Positions 51,531 through 64,000 of a DNA stretch of 64,000 nt are shown here, in pieces. Made by a program: the position numbers and the translations under genes. The stretch spans positions 26,584,225 through 26,648,224 of the forward strand of contig CM120640.1 in assembly GCA_051362555.1 (NCBI GenBank). The letters are read 5' to 3'. The first letter of the stretch is position 1. Each line of letters begins with the position of its first letter. The notes beneath the pieces are model-generated. The model was not told the origin of the DNA. It searched no databases and saw nothing but the letters and a program-made list of their open reading frames with translations. The stretch is from Lingula anatina. Taxonomy: Eukaryota; Animalia; Brachiopoda.

Positions 51531-52781
51531 TGCACGGCGACGGCGACGGCGACGACAGCGACGACGGCGACGACAGACGCAGATGATGGCTATATGTACA
51601 GACACATCTGTGTCTGTACATAAAAAAGCAGGAAATAACAAAATAGGCTACTGTCAATTCTGATGTAAAAGTACATTATGTTAAACTGCAAATTCAACCT
51701 CAAATTTTAATTATGCTCAACAGGTAATACCAATGTAAGTAAAATGTGTAACCAGCATCAGGCTTCAGGCCCATGGAAGTTCAAGTTCACACTTTGAAAA
51801 TGTAAAACTTCCAGAAAAAGAAGTCAATTAGACTGCTTTTCCAACTCGAGCTGCATTTTAGTCCTGTGTTTCTTTTTTAAAAGTTTGACAATCATAAGTA
51901 ATATGGTTTTCCCATGATGGTCATCATGGCAGCAATACCCAAAATTGTGTTTTCTTCTATTTTGATGCAATATTTCATAATGCTTAACAGCATAAAGACC
52001 ATCAGTTTTTAATAATAAAATATACGTATCATGGATTTTCAGAAAATGTGACTAGCATGGGTCTTCAAGCCCAAGGTGGTTCTAAGTCACACCTTGAAAT
52101 TGCCAATATGTGAAAAATTAAATTTTCAGCATAAATCTGTGTCTGTACATAAAAAGTGACAGAACAATTATGATCAATAAATTTTTTTCATTCGATTCAT
52201 ACATACTTCCCATACCTTGTTAATTATTTAGTTTGAATCAGGGTATGCTTTGGGTTCCTTATTTTAATAAGGCTGGTGTTACAAATTCTAAATGCAACTT
52301 ATAGACTTTTACATAATTTTCTGAACAGCTGCACAATCAGAAATTTTTACTTTAATCCAATTAATTAAATGTGTTTAGTGATAAGTGTTTTCTATAATAA
52401 AGATCCAACAGCCATCCAGAACAACTTTCATCCATTAAAATAAGCATTCTTTATTTACAGGATTAATGAAAATATCAGTGTTTTTTTAATTTTAGCTTAT
52501 AAAACTACTCATAATTCCAACAATAAGACATCCAAGAAAATCTTTACTAGTGTGTTTTTGTGTTTTCTGTATTGCTTTAAAAAACAGATGCACATCAAGT
52601 TTGCACGATTTTTAAAATTTAAGTTTCATTAACTTTAAAAAAAATTAATAAAAATCAATCAAAATTTTGTATAATCCACACAAACAAAATGTATGGGTTT
52701 AACTATGCAACCAAAGTCATAAGACAATCGAAAAAAAAAAACAAACAAAAAAAGACTGCTGTCCTCCTTGGCTTGAAAGTC

Positions 52782-54043
52782 TCAAGGTTTTCCAAACTTT
52801 CTTTGTAAATGTTCCAGCCACTCATATATAGAAGGCTCCTCTGCATCTGGCTGAAAATGGTAAGATAACACTATTAATACTGGCTCAAATACAAACTACC
52901 TTTTCAACAGAAATAAATCATACAAACACTAAAGAAAACCACCACTGACAAGAGCTTCATATTCATTTTAAAAAAAGAGCAATCGCTTCACACCTTTAGG
53001 CTATCCAAATTATCTTCTTTTGATCCCTCTACTTTGACCAAAGTGACATTTTCTGCCCCCTGTGCAGTAGAGTCCACCTTCAGTGTGCATACTATGTGGC
53101 CTCCCTCCCCTACCATTTGCCGGATGAGGCCCTCAGATGGTATCCAATCTATGGCATACCTGAAAGTAATTATGAACCACATGGAGCCACAGGCATTTTT
53201 AGAATGTAATACTGCACTGAAGTTTACAGAAGGTTTACCAAGACAGGAGAAGAGAACATGGACACGAAAAAAAATTAGTCTAGCTCCCAAGGGATATAAT
53301 AGTGCTGTTTAGGCTTTCATTGTGAATTTTCATGATTCACAAATTATTTACTATATAAGTGTCACAGGTAGATCACTTGGTTGTACTAGACAGTCCTTTA
53401 AACTCCCATCTTTTAGCCTGTACAACAGACTCTGAACAGTAAAATTCCAGTATTATTTCAATAATAAAAGTAGATGTACCACTTCCAATGACAATCTTTG
53501 AAAAGAGGGCATTAAAATATGCATATGATTATGCCAGACATCTCTGGAGTTATAACTTACAGGACTGGCGATCCTCAGAGAATTATTCTAGACTATTGAA
53601 CTAATCAGGTGCTACAGATAGGTTTACATAAAATTTATGGTAGGTGAAAAAGAAGACTAACTAATATTCAAGCACTTCCTGTTCATATTCCAACATTCCA
53701 ATCAAAAGTGCATGTTTGTATGGTGGTATGGAGTTGGCAATGATAAAAAGTAGTTTACAATATATTTCAGTTATCACTGAAAATTTTTTTAAAAATAAAC
53801 AACCATTATTATAATGCCCCAGAATTATTTTCAACAAAAAGCCCTAATCAAATCTTGAAAGTATACCTACAGCTGTCTAAGATCCACTATTTCTTTCCTC
53901 AATGGTAAATGCTTCTCCCATGCTTTTTGGATTTCACTGATCATATATACTACATCATTCTTTTCCACTGCATAATCTATTATATCAGTAACATCCAAAC
54001 TTTCCAAATTGATCTAGAAAGAAAAAAATAAATTTCTAACAAA

Positions 54044-54111
<68 letters not shown>

Positions 54112-57075
54112 CTAGGTTTGTATTTATTATTCTTTACTTATAGTCTATTAAGAATGGTCATGCATTTATTCTTGGCAATATTTACAATTACTCTATATTC
54201 ATAAATGCTCAAGAAAAAGTGCCTCACTTCTGCCTTGGCCAGGACATAACTTCCATATTTCCCCAGCTTCCATGTCATGCTGAGTAAGAGTTTACTGTCT
54301 TCATTGTCTCCCGAGTTCATGTATTCTATGGTCAGGGTATTTCCTGAGACGGAGTGCTCCTTGAACCCTGATAAAACTGACATCTGAGACAGAGCCTTGT
54401 CATACCTGCAATTATCAAGAACCTTTCAAAAAAAAGACAGATGAGCTATACTAGGTACATTAATTTGATGTTGTTTCTTTGATATACAGTATTAGTGCAT
54501 ATTTCATTAACTAATTACTATCATTATTTAAATAATATTGTAATCAACCCAAAAAATTAGCAAAATGACAACTATAAAACAGTCAGTTAAAAGTCAAACT
54601 TAATATACCACTGCAAATCTTGTTTTGCTTTTTGGTCTTCTATTTTCTTAACCCTGGCAACCTCCTCAAGTTCTTTTTTACTCTCTCCTAAAAGTCCTTG
54701 TAATCTTTCACCAAGACCTTGAAACTTTATCATTTTCTCCTTTGCTTCATGGGTTGCTTCTTCACATTGCTTTATGGATTCCTGCACTTCTTTAAGTTCC
54801 TCTTCCTAAGGACATAGGTATAGGTAAAAAAACTTTATATCAAAATTTGATCAAGATATTTCTTATAGGAACAGGCAATCCCATTAGAAAATAAATAAAT
54901 AAAATTAAAGTAATATAAATGTATGTACTTAATCAAATCATATCATTAAATTTTCTTTTCTCTTTTTTTCATACCTTTTAGCATGGATTCATGGTTTCAA
55001 TGACATATAGTCTTGTATATGCAAATTCATGTATAAACACTTATGAATTAGAAAGGTCACAAAATAACAATTTACCTTTTCTTTCATATTCAAAGGCAAT
55101 TGTGGGATTTCATTACTCTCCTTGTTTCCATTAAGTAAGCCTAGTTTCTCATTCAGCATGGCACTATTTTGGAGAGATGCGTCTAGTTTACTTTTCTGGA
55201 AATAAATTATATACTTATATCAAAGAACACAGTTGTTATACAACTATCTTATGTTTTTCTTTTATTGTCATACTGACACCTGCTTATTCATATGTTTTTT
55301 TTTTCTGATTTCCACATTTAAACGTTTAATATCTAATGCATTAAAACCAAATCACGAAATCCCTGGGCTTATCTTCTATAACATTTCTACAAGAATGAAA
55401 ATTAAAGATAGCTTTCTTTGGAATTTCAAAATTAAAATCTTCTGTTTAATGTGTTTTTAATATGGATTACCTTTGTCTCAACTTCTTTCATTTCTTCTGT
55501 CAAGGTATGCACCCTTTCTGAATAAGTTCTATATGCTGGAATGTATCAAAAAAATAAAAAAGGAATTTACAAAAAAAAAAAAAAGATATTAGTTTTAATT
55601 TTAGTCTATCAGTTTCCTGCTATGGCTGTTAATTCCAAGTCACTAAAAGTATGTTATAAACTTGTATCCTTTTTGGAAATGAACCTGTTCTGGAGTCTAT
55701 CAATCTTGACCATACATGTCAATTGATACACAGAAAATCTGTCACTATGCTAAGGTGACCTTTAACAACAAAATCAGCCACCCCTTTAAAATGCTATTTT
55801 CTATGTAATTAAATTAATTTTTTTTCAACAAAATGAAGATGGAATAAAACTGAAAAATTGCCACAGCAATTTATCAAAAAGAGGAAAAAAATATGCATCA
55901 TTTGCTATTACCTTTCTCCACATGGTCTAAGTCTTCCAGTAACTTTGCTTTCTTATCATCCATCTGTTCCTTCAGCTCGCGAACATGTTCTCTGCCTGCT
56001 TTGAAGTCGGCATCTACAGAGTTATAAAAAACATAGATGAAAGCTTAAGAATATCAAGGTATACCCAATTAACAAATATTTTCTGACTGACCTACCTCTG
56101 TTACAAAAAATGTCAATTATCTAATTGAGTCATGTTGCCATCAGTAAGAAATAAATATATAAATTATGAATAAAGAGATATATACATAATTTATCAAAAC
56201 AGAATATGTCAAGTATATTTTCAAAAGAGAATTGTCACTTGTTTTCACCAAAAGAGAATTGTCTGAAGAAAATGCTATATTCACCTTCCTGTGAGGTATC
56301 AGGCCACTTGTCTTCACTTTCTGCTAGGCACTCTAAAAGTTTCAATTTTGACTGCAGTTCAATGGCTGTATTCTTAAGTAAACTGAATTGTTGCTAAAAA
56401 ATAAGAATTGTTCTGTTAAAAAGAATAGATCTGTAAAAAATCCAATATATTGCATTTAGGTAATCTTGTTAAAGAAAATATTTAGACATCAAAATGTTAA
56501 GGAACAAAGATATTAAATTGTTTTACTCGACATTTAGAACTTGGAAGAAAGAAAAGTCTATAACCTTAAGATACCCAAGCTTGACTTTGAACGTTGTGCA
56601 AAGATCTCCTTGTTCCAACTCATCTCTCTTGGAAACTAAATCAAATTTCCTCTTCCTCAGGTCTTCAATATTTCTGTAATTAAATACAGTTAACACATAT
56701 GGTGATGTACATATACATTTTAATTAAATTTTAATTAAAATTTATAATTACTAAATGTTTACTCAGCAGTCATGTATTAAATTGAAATACTTCCCCTGGC
56801 TCCTTATACTTTAAGAACACAGATGTATTACACTTATGTCTAATAGTAATACTAGTAATTGTGTAGCGTTAAATAATTGTGACGATTCCTAATTTGCCTC
56901 AATAACTAATCTAGGAAAATATTAAACGATTAGATCCAACACTGAGTGACCGTGTAAGAGACGGTATAATTGCTTGATAATGGAGTAAAATAGGTTTCAT
57001 ATTTTGTAACTATAAATGGCATATTTCGACGTACCCCTTTATCTCCTGGAGCTTATTTGGGTGTTCACTTGCCAT
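52782..57075 (-). CDS. 432-aa coiled-coil protein with RWD-like C-terminal region; probable Zwint/Kre28/Sos7-like outer kinetochore protein
   Basis: 11 phase-compatible exons: 57075-57035, 56673-56565, 56393-56285, 56013-55912, 55535-55471, 55195-55076, 54805-54609, 54405-54228, 54013-53871, 53159-52994, 52850-52782; sum 1299 nt, MASEHPNK...WLEHLQRKFGKP*. The N-terminal ~250 aa are E/K-rich heptads and the C-terminal part alternates strands and helices (NTLTIEY, LLLSMTW, DVTDIIDYAVEKND, YAIDW, IVCTLKVD). The gene model is solid; the family assignment is an inference. Confidence 0.75.
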
Positions 57076-57352
57076 CTTGCTGATTTTAAGGAAATGCTTT
57101 GCAATGTTTTGAAACAACAAGTGCACAGCCTTCTCATATTTTTGCGCCCTCAATTTACGCATGCGTTGGCATTATATGGGTCATTCAAGATGAGCCCGCG
57201 CACGTTTGCTTTGCAAGTTTTGGAGCAGCAGGAAGATGGGTAACGTTGAAATGTAGTGTTATTGTTGTGTGCAGATGTGATGAAAGTCTAAGGCAACTGT
57301 TGATGCACAACTGTCTAAATTATGTCAGCTATCATACGAAACAGAAAAGAAA
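57076..57352. promoter_or_regulatory. Short bidirectional promoter between the coiled-coil gene and DHX34
   Basis: Divergent ATGs 277 bp apart. Contains TTTGAA (CHR-like, 57108-57113), TTTGCGCC (E2F-like, ~57141) and palindromic ACGCATGCGT (NRF1-like, 57157-57166). Confidence 0.65.
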
Positions 57353-60300
57353 ATGCCGAGGACAGAAAATGATCGAGATGGAGAAAAACCAAAAAGGGAC
57401 GAGAGACACAGATCACCAACAGACTCACATCATAGTAGACACAGACACGATAGAAACAAAAAGAAGCACAAACACAAACATGGACACAGAAGGAGAAGCA
57501 GGTCTTCAAGTAGGAGTGGTAAAGACAGGGAGGAGAGAAAGGCCCACGGATCAAGAGAAAGTTTTTCTACTTCACCCCAAAGAAGAAAACAAGAAGACAG
57601 ACATGATTCTAAAGACAGATATGATTCCTCTCCAAATCTGTATACAGACAGGCACAAGAAAAGAAATCAGTATGGGAAGGATGAGAAAGTTGTTGAAAAT
57701 TCAACTACATATATGAGCAACAAACATGAAACAGAAGCTACATCCTCTGTAAGACAGGGTGATCATTCACAAGAAGTGGTTGAGAGCTCTTCAGAAAGTG
57801 AAAAGGAATTTGATGATTTTGACTTCGAATGTGAAAAATCAACTCTTGACAAAATGTTCTTTAGAGAAGATGACTTAATAAAAAGGTTTGTCCTTAAGAA
57901 TTAAGCAATGAATGGATATAAAACACCTAAATTGACTTTGAATTGATAAGGAACATAACAAAGGTATTAAAATTGCTGCTACTAGTAAATGTTTGTCACA
58001 GCTGCATGTAAATTTTAAGCAGTCATATTTATAATAATTGAGTTTCAATCTGTAGGGGCTCACAAGATTATAATGACTTCTGGGCATTCCTGAAGAAGTT
58101 CAAGGCTTTTAACAGGAAGAAAGCAATGCAGCAAAAAGGTATCAAATGCTGCCACATTTACAGATTTAGAATCGACATATATTAATATTGACAAATTTGA
58201 CATATTGTTACCAATTTTTTTTTTTTTGGGGGGGGGGGGTATTTAGCTGGTTAAAATAGGTAAATGCATCTAAATTGATGGATAAGAATGATTCACATTA
58301 TAAAATCAGATATGTACCCAAAAGAAAAAAGTTTAAAGTTGCAAGAGTGTATATATGAAAGCAATTTGATTTTTTTTCTTATCATATTCTTTTGTTTGTT
58401 TTATTGTTAAGTTTTCATATTTGCATTTCAAGATACTTTTTTTCCAGGTAGCAGATCTAAATCAAATTTGAAAGAGAGCAAGTTAGGTATACCAATGAAG
58501 TATGACAAAAGATACAAGATCAATCTCTCTGTGGCAACTAAGGACATAGAAGATATGTTGAAGTATGGAGGAAGTAAGCACAAAGGTAAAAACCCATTTG
58601 AAATCCTTACATTTTGTCTAAGATCAACAGTAACAACCCTAGATTTCTGCAAATGAGATTAGTTAATTTTGACAATAGCAATTCCGCAAGAAAAGATGCA
58701 TTTTCAGGTATCCTTTTATTCCAGAAAAATCTCAATTGAACAAGGAGAGGATAGCTGAATTTAGAAGCATCTTGTTGCATTACTTTGATTTTTGCCAGAA
58801 GCAGAAGGTAATAGAAAACAGACTATTTAATAAAAAAAGAACATTTATACATTGCATTAGTCATTCTTATATTTTAACTTTTATTATTGGTTTGACTGCC
58901 ACTTTAATAGAGTTTGATATAAAGCTAGATCTAGAGACTTAACTAATTTCTTGTTTATTTTTGGCAAAGGTCCAACAGGTTTTCCCCTACTTAGCAAGTA
59001 TTTGATATTTTCCTGTCCATTGTAAGTTTCACTGTAATACCAAAAGGCTATCTGGGTTCTCTAAATAGATCATTTAAGGCACATTGTCTGTCGCACACCA
59101 ATAAAAATTTGAAATACTTCTCAGAATTTCCTCATTATTTTTCCAGTTTTCAAAATTAATAAAGATAAAGAAGGACCAGCAAAATCTGCCCATCTATCAG
59201 TATAAGGAAAAGATAATTGAAACACTGAAAGAGTACCAGGTAATTGTGGTGGCTGGAGACACGGGCTGTGGAAAGTCAACACAGGTATGTACTTAATAAC
59301 AGGTGTCCCTAAATGTCTGTGTTAACAATTTAAGGTCCATGTCTAATTTCTGCTTTCTTGCTGTCATTTTCTTTTACTAAACTGCTGATCTTTGGGTCCA
59401 ATATGGTATTCATGACTCAGTTTTAAGTTTTCAAATCAAGGTGTGTTATTTGTTGAAAATATATAAATTTTCTGTTGTTATTCTAGGTTCCCCAGTACTT
59501 ATTACAGGCAGGCTTCACTAACATTGCCTGTACCCAACCCAGGAGAATTGCCTGTATTTCTCTCAGTAAAAGAGTGGGTTATGAAACACTGAATGAATAT
59601 GGATCAGAAGTTGCCTATCAGGTACGTAGAGGGACATGTTAATAAAACTGGTTAACTTGGTTAAATCTGCATATTTTATGAAAGCTTTCAATTCCCGACT
59701 AAATCAAATTGTGTTATCTATACTGTTGCAAGTTACTTTATTGTATGGGAAATAGACAGATATTACCTTTCTTTATAGGTTAGATTTGAAAGATCCAGAA
59801 CAAGAGCCACCAGAATAATTTTCCTGACAGAAGGTACCTTTGAATTCCCTTACTTTAGTATATTGGGTTCTCATTGTATAATGGTTAAATTTTAGAATAA
59901 AGGGATAGATGAATCTGAGAGAGAAAGAGAGAGACAGATGTACACGTTTTATCTGTTAAGTAACAAGATAATTACAGAAACTGATGGTTTTGTTTGAATA
60001 TATAATGAAAAAAGATGCAACCTTAACCTGCAAAATATAATTGATTTCTTATGAATACACAATATTTGTTGTTGAAGGTCTATTACTAAGGCAGATGACA
60101 ACAGACCCTTTCCTTAAACAGTACAATGTCATTGTAATAGATGAGGTAGGCTGAATAAAATTAGATAATAGATAGAATTATAATATATACCCTACATTTT
60201 ATTACTTATATTGCAACCATTTTTACTTCTATAGATTTGAGATTGGGAGCAATTGTCCTTTTTCTTACTCTTTTCTTTGGGTTACAAGGTCAGAAAGTAT

Positions 60301-63300
60301 TAGGGAAGAAGTTAAATGATGAACTGGTTCTGAATTGAAGCAGGGCACTGGAGGTCAATACATATGAAGCTGTTTATGTAGAGATCATTAAAAATGAAAT
60401 ATAGAATATTGTGGATGCATAAAGATTTTTTGTCATCTTTACCTAAAGAAAAGCATTCTATCTTTTGATTTGGATCAGTCAAAAGTAATGTACATTATTG
60501 TGATATGAGTGCATTTTCCAATTTGTGCTTGCGTCATTTTATATCTCATGTTTTAATTCCATATTTGGTGATTTTCTATGAACACGTTTCCTGCAATATA
60601 TACATCTTAGTCATGTCTGTACTTCAGGTTCATGAGCGTCACATCTACACTGACTTTCTGCTTGGTGTTGTCAAGTGTCTACTTCAGCATCGTGATGATA
60701 TCAAAGTGGTCCTCATGTCAGCCACCATCAACATTGACATGTTCAGTGGATACTTTGATCACGCCCCAGTCATCAAGGTACAGCCCAAAACTTAATAATT
60801 ATTAAAATTGGAAATATTGATTTAAATAAATAGAAGGACATAGACTAATATTCTGATATTTTGAGAATATGCTTTTGACAAATCTAGATATATAGAATTT
60901 ATTTTACAAGTATTTAAGAAATCAACCACCTACATAATGGAATGATTAAGTTAGTATTTCTTTAGGTGCCAGGGCGTCTGTACCCTATACAGTTGCAGTA
61001 TCACCCCATTGACCAAGCAGATAAAGAAGAAAAAAAGGGAAAAATTGATCCATCACCTTACCTAAAGATAATGCAAATGATAAATCACAAAGTAAGTATT
61101 TAGTCCTGCTTACATGACCATTATGATTATATTAATATTTATTTTAGAACAAAATGGTCTGAGCTTTAGAGTATTTTTAATTTATAAAAAATATTAATAG
61201 AATATGTAGATGTTGCTCCATTATCTGATGCTGTTGGTGTAACATTGTTTTCAAAGCTGCTTACATCATATGACAAGGGTGTATTTACTATTAGATTAAA
61301 TAGACTCAAAAATATGGAAATAAGTGTGTTTGACTATGGCATTGTAGTTTGTGAAAGCATCTCATAACCTTAATTTACAAACAACTAATTATGCACTATT
61401 TGGTCCCTGTTTTAGTATCCAGACTCTGAGCGCGGTGATCTTCTGATATTCCTCAGTGGCATGGCAGAGATAATGACGTTGGTGGAGGCAGCTAACATGT
61501 TTGCTCAGAAATCCAAGAGATGGATTGTTCTGCCTCTTCACAGTGCTCTCTCCATCTCAGAACAGGACAAGGTGTGTATGGCCCGGTGTGTAGTGAAATA
61601 TAAAAAGGGAAGTCAAATGAAAAGATACAGTCACTTGATAGATTCACGATATCTCAGATATAAAAGTGTTCATTTTTTTTTAAATCAAAGTTTTAGCCAT
61701 TTTTTGTAATAGATTGAGGTGAGATGCCCTTTATGCCTACTGTGTTATATTCATCTTGAATTGCATTGAAATATGTTTCTAAATAAAAATTATGATATAG
61801 TGTATCTTTTTTTTTTTCAGGTTTTTGATTACCCTCCTGAGGGCATTAGAAAGTGTATTATCTCAACAAATATTGCAGAAACATCAGTCACCATTGATGG
61901 TGTCAGATTTATTGTGGACTCAGGAAAGGTATGTTATTATCTTACAATCAGCATATAGGTCAGGATAGTAGATTGTTCTGTATATACATTTAGGTTCATT
62001 TCACTGAATCATGAAAATTGAAGCGCTTGTTATCTTCCTTAGGTCAAAGAGATGAGCTATGATCCTAAGTATAAGATGCGTAAATTGCAAGAATTCTGGA
62101 TCAGTAGAGCTAGTGCTGAGCAAAGAAAAGGCAGAGCAGGTAGACTTAAATTATATATGTATTTGACCACAACATTCATACCTTATTAAACATTTTATTC
62201 AATATTGAAACTAAATGAGCTAAAGAAAATGAATGAACCAATTAAAGACTAATTTTCAAGGTGAATTATAAATGCATCTCTTTCAATTGAAATATATTTT
62301 TATTGTCATATGATTGAACAATTATCATCTCTTCTCACAGGAAGAACTGGGCCAGGTGTGTGTTACCGTTTGTATGATGAGAGTGACTATGATGCCTTCC
62401 AGGAGTATGCCACTCCTGAGATACAGAGGGTACCATTGGATACATTGATCCTTCAGATGGTCTCTATGGGGCTACCTGATGCTAGAAAGTAAGTTCATAA
62501 CATCTGTCTATATTTTTGGTTAATATACTTGAATCTGTGTGAAACTAGAGATGAATTGAAGTAAGAGCAGCATATACTAGTAGGTTGAAGTTTATATGAA
62601 TATCTTTTGTAACTTCAGGTTTCCATTCATTGAACCACCATCTGACAGCAGCATAGAAAATTCTGTGGCTTTTCTGAAGGAACAGGTCAGCTCATTTTCC
62701 CATATCCTATCATTTTTTAAATTTGTACTTGCATATTAGTGTGAACATAATCAAAGTAGATATTAAAGATTTTTTTAATTAAATTGCTTTCACAAGTATC
62801 ACTATTTTTGTGATAGGTTATGTATCTGTTCACAGGGGGCTCTTACAGAAGATGAGAAACTGACCCCTATTGGTGAGATGCTTGCCCAGTTACCCGTGGA
62901 TGTAGTCATTGGGAAAATGCTCATCCTTGGTTCCATATTTCAAGTAAGAGATTTTATAGCAGTGGTAATTTTGAGTAATAATAATAATATTATTTAATTA
63001 ACATGTTCATTTTTTTGTTGTTGTTGTATAACAGAAAAAAATATATAACCAGTCATATTTTTACAGTGTGACAAATTTAAGACACATATTATGTTTTTCT
63101 TTCAGATGATTGACCCTGTGTTGTCCATTGCTGCTGCCCTCAGCGTCCAGTCTCCTTTCACCAGCCGAGCTCACACTGACCATGATGCCGTTGTAAGCTG
63201 ATAAATGAACAAATAAATATGTTTATATAACTCCCTGGTCTTTGTACCTCAGATATTTTAAAGTAATTCTAGAAAGGTGTGTTTCAGCCAGGGCTGCTTA

Positions 63301-63573
63301 TGCCTGGAAATCAATCCTATTTGCATCGTCAAACAGCCAGATTACAAAGGTTACAAGTTGTTGTGGTGTGAACAAATCTCAAGTAAAACAAAGGTTCTTG
63401 TAAACAATGCCTATAAAATATTTGAATAATTGTTACTGGCAAGGGAATTTCCAGCACTGAAGATTTTCTTATAAAGTGATACATTTTTAACTCCTCAGAG
63501 CTCTAGGAAGTCCATTGAATCTGACCATGGGGACCCCTTTACTTTGCTTAATGCTTTTGATGAATGGATTCAG
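57353..63573 (+). CDS. DHX34: DEAH-box RNA helicase DHX34, 5' part (continues beyond the window)
   Basis: Exons 57353-57885, 58056-58138, 58448-58585, 58725-58807, 59147-59284, 59487-59621, 59779-59833, 60078-60145, 60628-60777, 60966-61091, 61416-61571, 61821-61928, 62043-62139, 62341-62488, 62619-62685, 62836-62943, 63106-63192, 63499-63573. Motifs: [60 protein letters not shown]34-typical segments: [47 protein letters not shown]. Confidence 0.95.
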
Positions 63574-63639
63574 GTGAGACATTTTCTTACGGAAGAAATT
63601 AAAATTGTGCAGCATGCATATTCTATATAACTAAATATC

Positions 63640-63900
63640 TACCTTTGAAAAGTTTTCTTCGCTAAATTCGACATGTATATATGTATAGTGTCCATTATAC
63701 TTCCATTGTCATGAACTTCGGCTTCCTCCTGGTCACCATCTCAATATTTTGTTAAGTTAAAACCAACAAAAGCTTTCGTTTTTCCAGAAAAGTTTCTTTA
63801 GCCAGGTGAAACTTTCCAATTATAAGCCTTAAATACTTTTTTCATCACTTTGCAGTAAAGTGATTTGCCTCTCCCCTAGTATAGGCATTTCTTTTCAGAA
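63640..63900 (-). mobile_element. Possible highly decayed LINE (RTE-like) RT fragment in a DHX34 intron
   Basis: Broken minus-strand translation IGKFHLAKETFLEKRKLLL...WTL loosely resembles the RI..AK.AF.....LL....WTL region downstream of RTE reverse transcriptases; frameshifts and stops are present. Confidence 0.25.
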
Positions 63901-64000
63901 TGTATTTGTATCTTGTGAGACTCCACTTATTGTATTCCGCCACAATGAGGTATTGCACCTTTGTGGATGATTCAGATGATGTGTTCACATAATCTACATA

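Larger units (their letters stand above)
27290..52152 (+). mobile_element. ~25-kb cluster of nested non-autonomous Helentron/DINE-1/pearl-like elements
   Basis: 5' motif acaaggcagcaaagctgtcaaatgtacagac at 29299, 29391, 31744, 32198, 34087, 38676, 40733, 43706 and 47734. The 3' end is a (CGGCGA)n microsatellite plus the palindrome tatgtacagacac-atct-gtgtctgtacata at 31564, 33952, 35925, 45544, 45913, 47305 and 51593 (inverted at 38630, half copy at ~52140). The subterminal tgtacagaca is shared by the 5' end and the 3' hairpin. Insertions are in A-runs without TSD. Internal ~161-bp repeats are present; no Rep/helicase ORF. Confidence 0.8.

Noticed and set aside
27044-51586. Many 60-130 aa ORFs in the repeat cluster, including poly-Arg and DGDGD ones
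   Set aside because: They are recurrent translations of non-coding element sequence and the (CGGCGA)n microsatellite; no transposase, Rep or helicase motifs.
57099-57716. 205-aa ORF overlapping DHX34 exon 1, plus antisense ORFs
   Set aside because: Alternative frames of a purine-rich low-complexity exon; only the 57353 frame splices into the helicase.
25526-63573. MOV10 and DHX34 as a functional UPF1-related gene cluster
   Set aside because: Two genes 30 kb apart on opposite strands, one incomplete here; proximity alone is not evidence without conserved synteny.

Overview
AT-rich, intron-containing animal genomic DNA; the repeat content resembles that of molluscs and other marine invertebrates, but the species cannot be determined from sequence. 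Left to right: (1) the 3' part of a laminin alpha-chain gene (+, 18 exons, coiled coil then five LG domains, stop at 7960); (2) two minus-facing promoter-like islands (about 11.3 kb and 13.7 kb) with no identifiable CDS; (3) a minus-strand spliced transcription unit (about 21.5 to 15.1 kb) with a textbook TATA/Inr promoter, built from three tandem arrays: 14 copies of a 132-bp exon-plus-intron cassette, 15 copies of a 52-bp unit and 6 copies of a 70-bp G-rich unit; it has no intact long ORF; (4) the last three intact exons of a MOV10-type helicase (-), whose upstream exons are not visible in the window; (5) about 25 kb (27.3-52.2 kb) of self-nested non-autonomous Helentron/DINE/pearl-like elements carrying ~161-bp satellite monomers; (6) an 11-exon, 432-aa coiled-coil gene with an RWD-like tail (-, probably Zwint/Kre28/Sos7-like), head-to-head with (7) DHX34 (+, 18 exons seen, runs off the window). 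Most entries in the supplied ORF track are exon fragments or repeat noise. All exon calls were read by hand from GT/AG sites and frame continuity; no database search was run.
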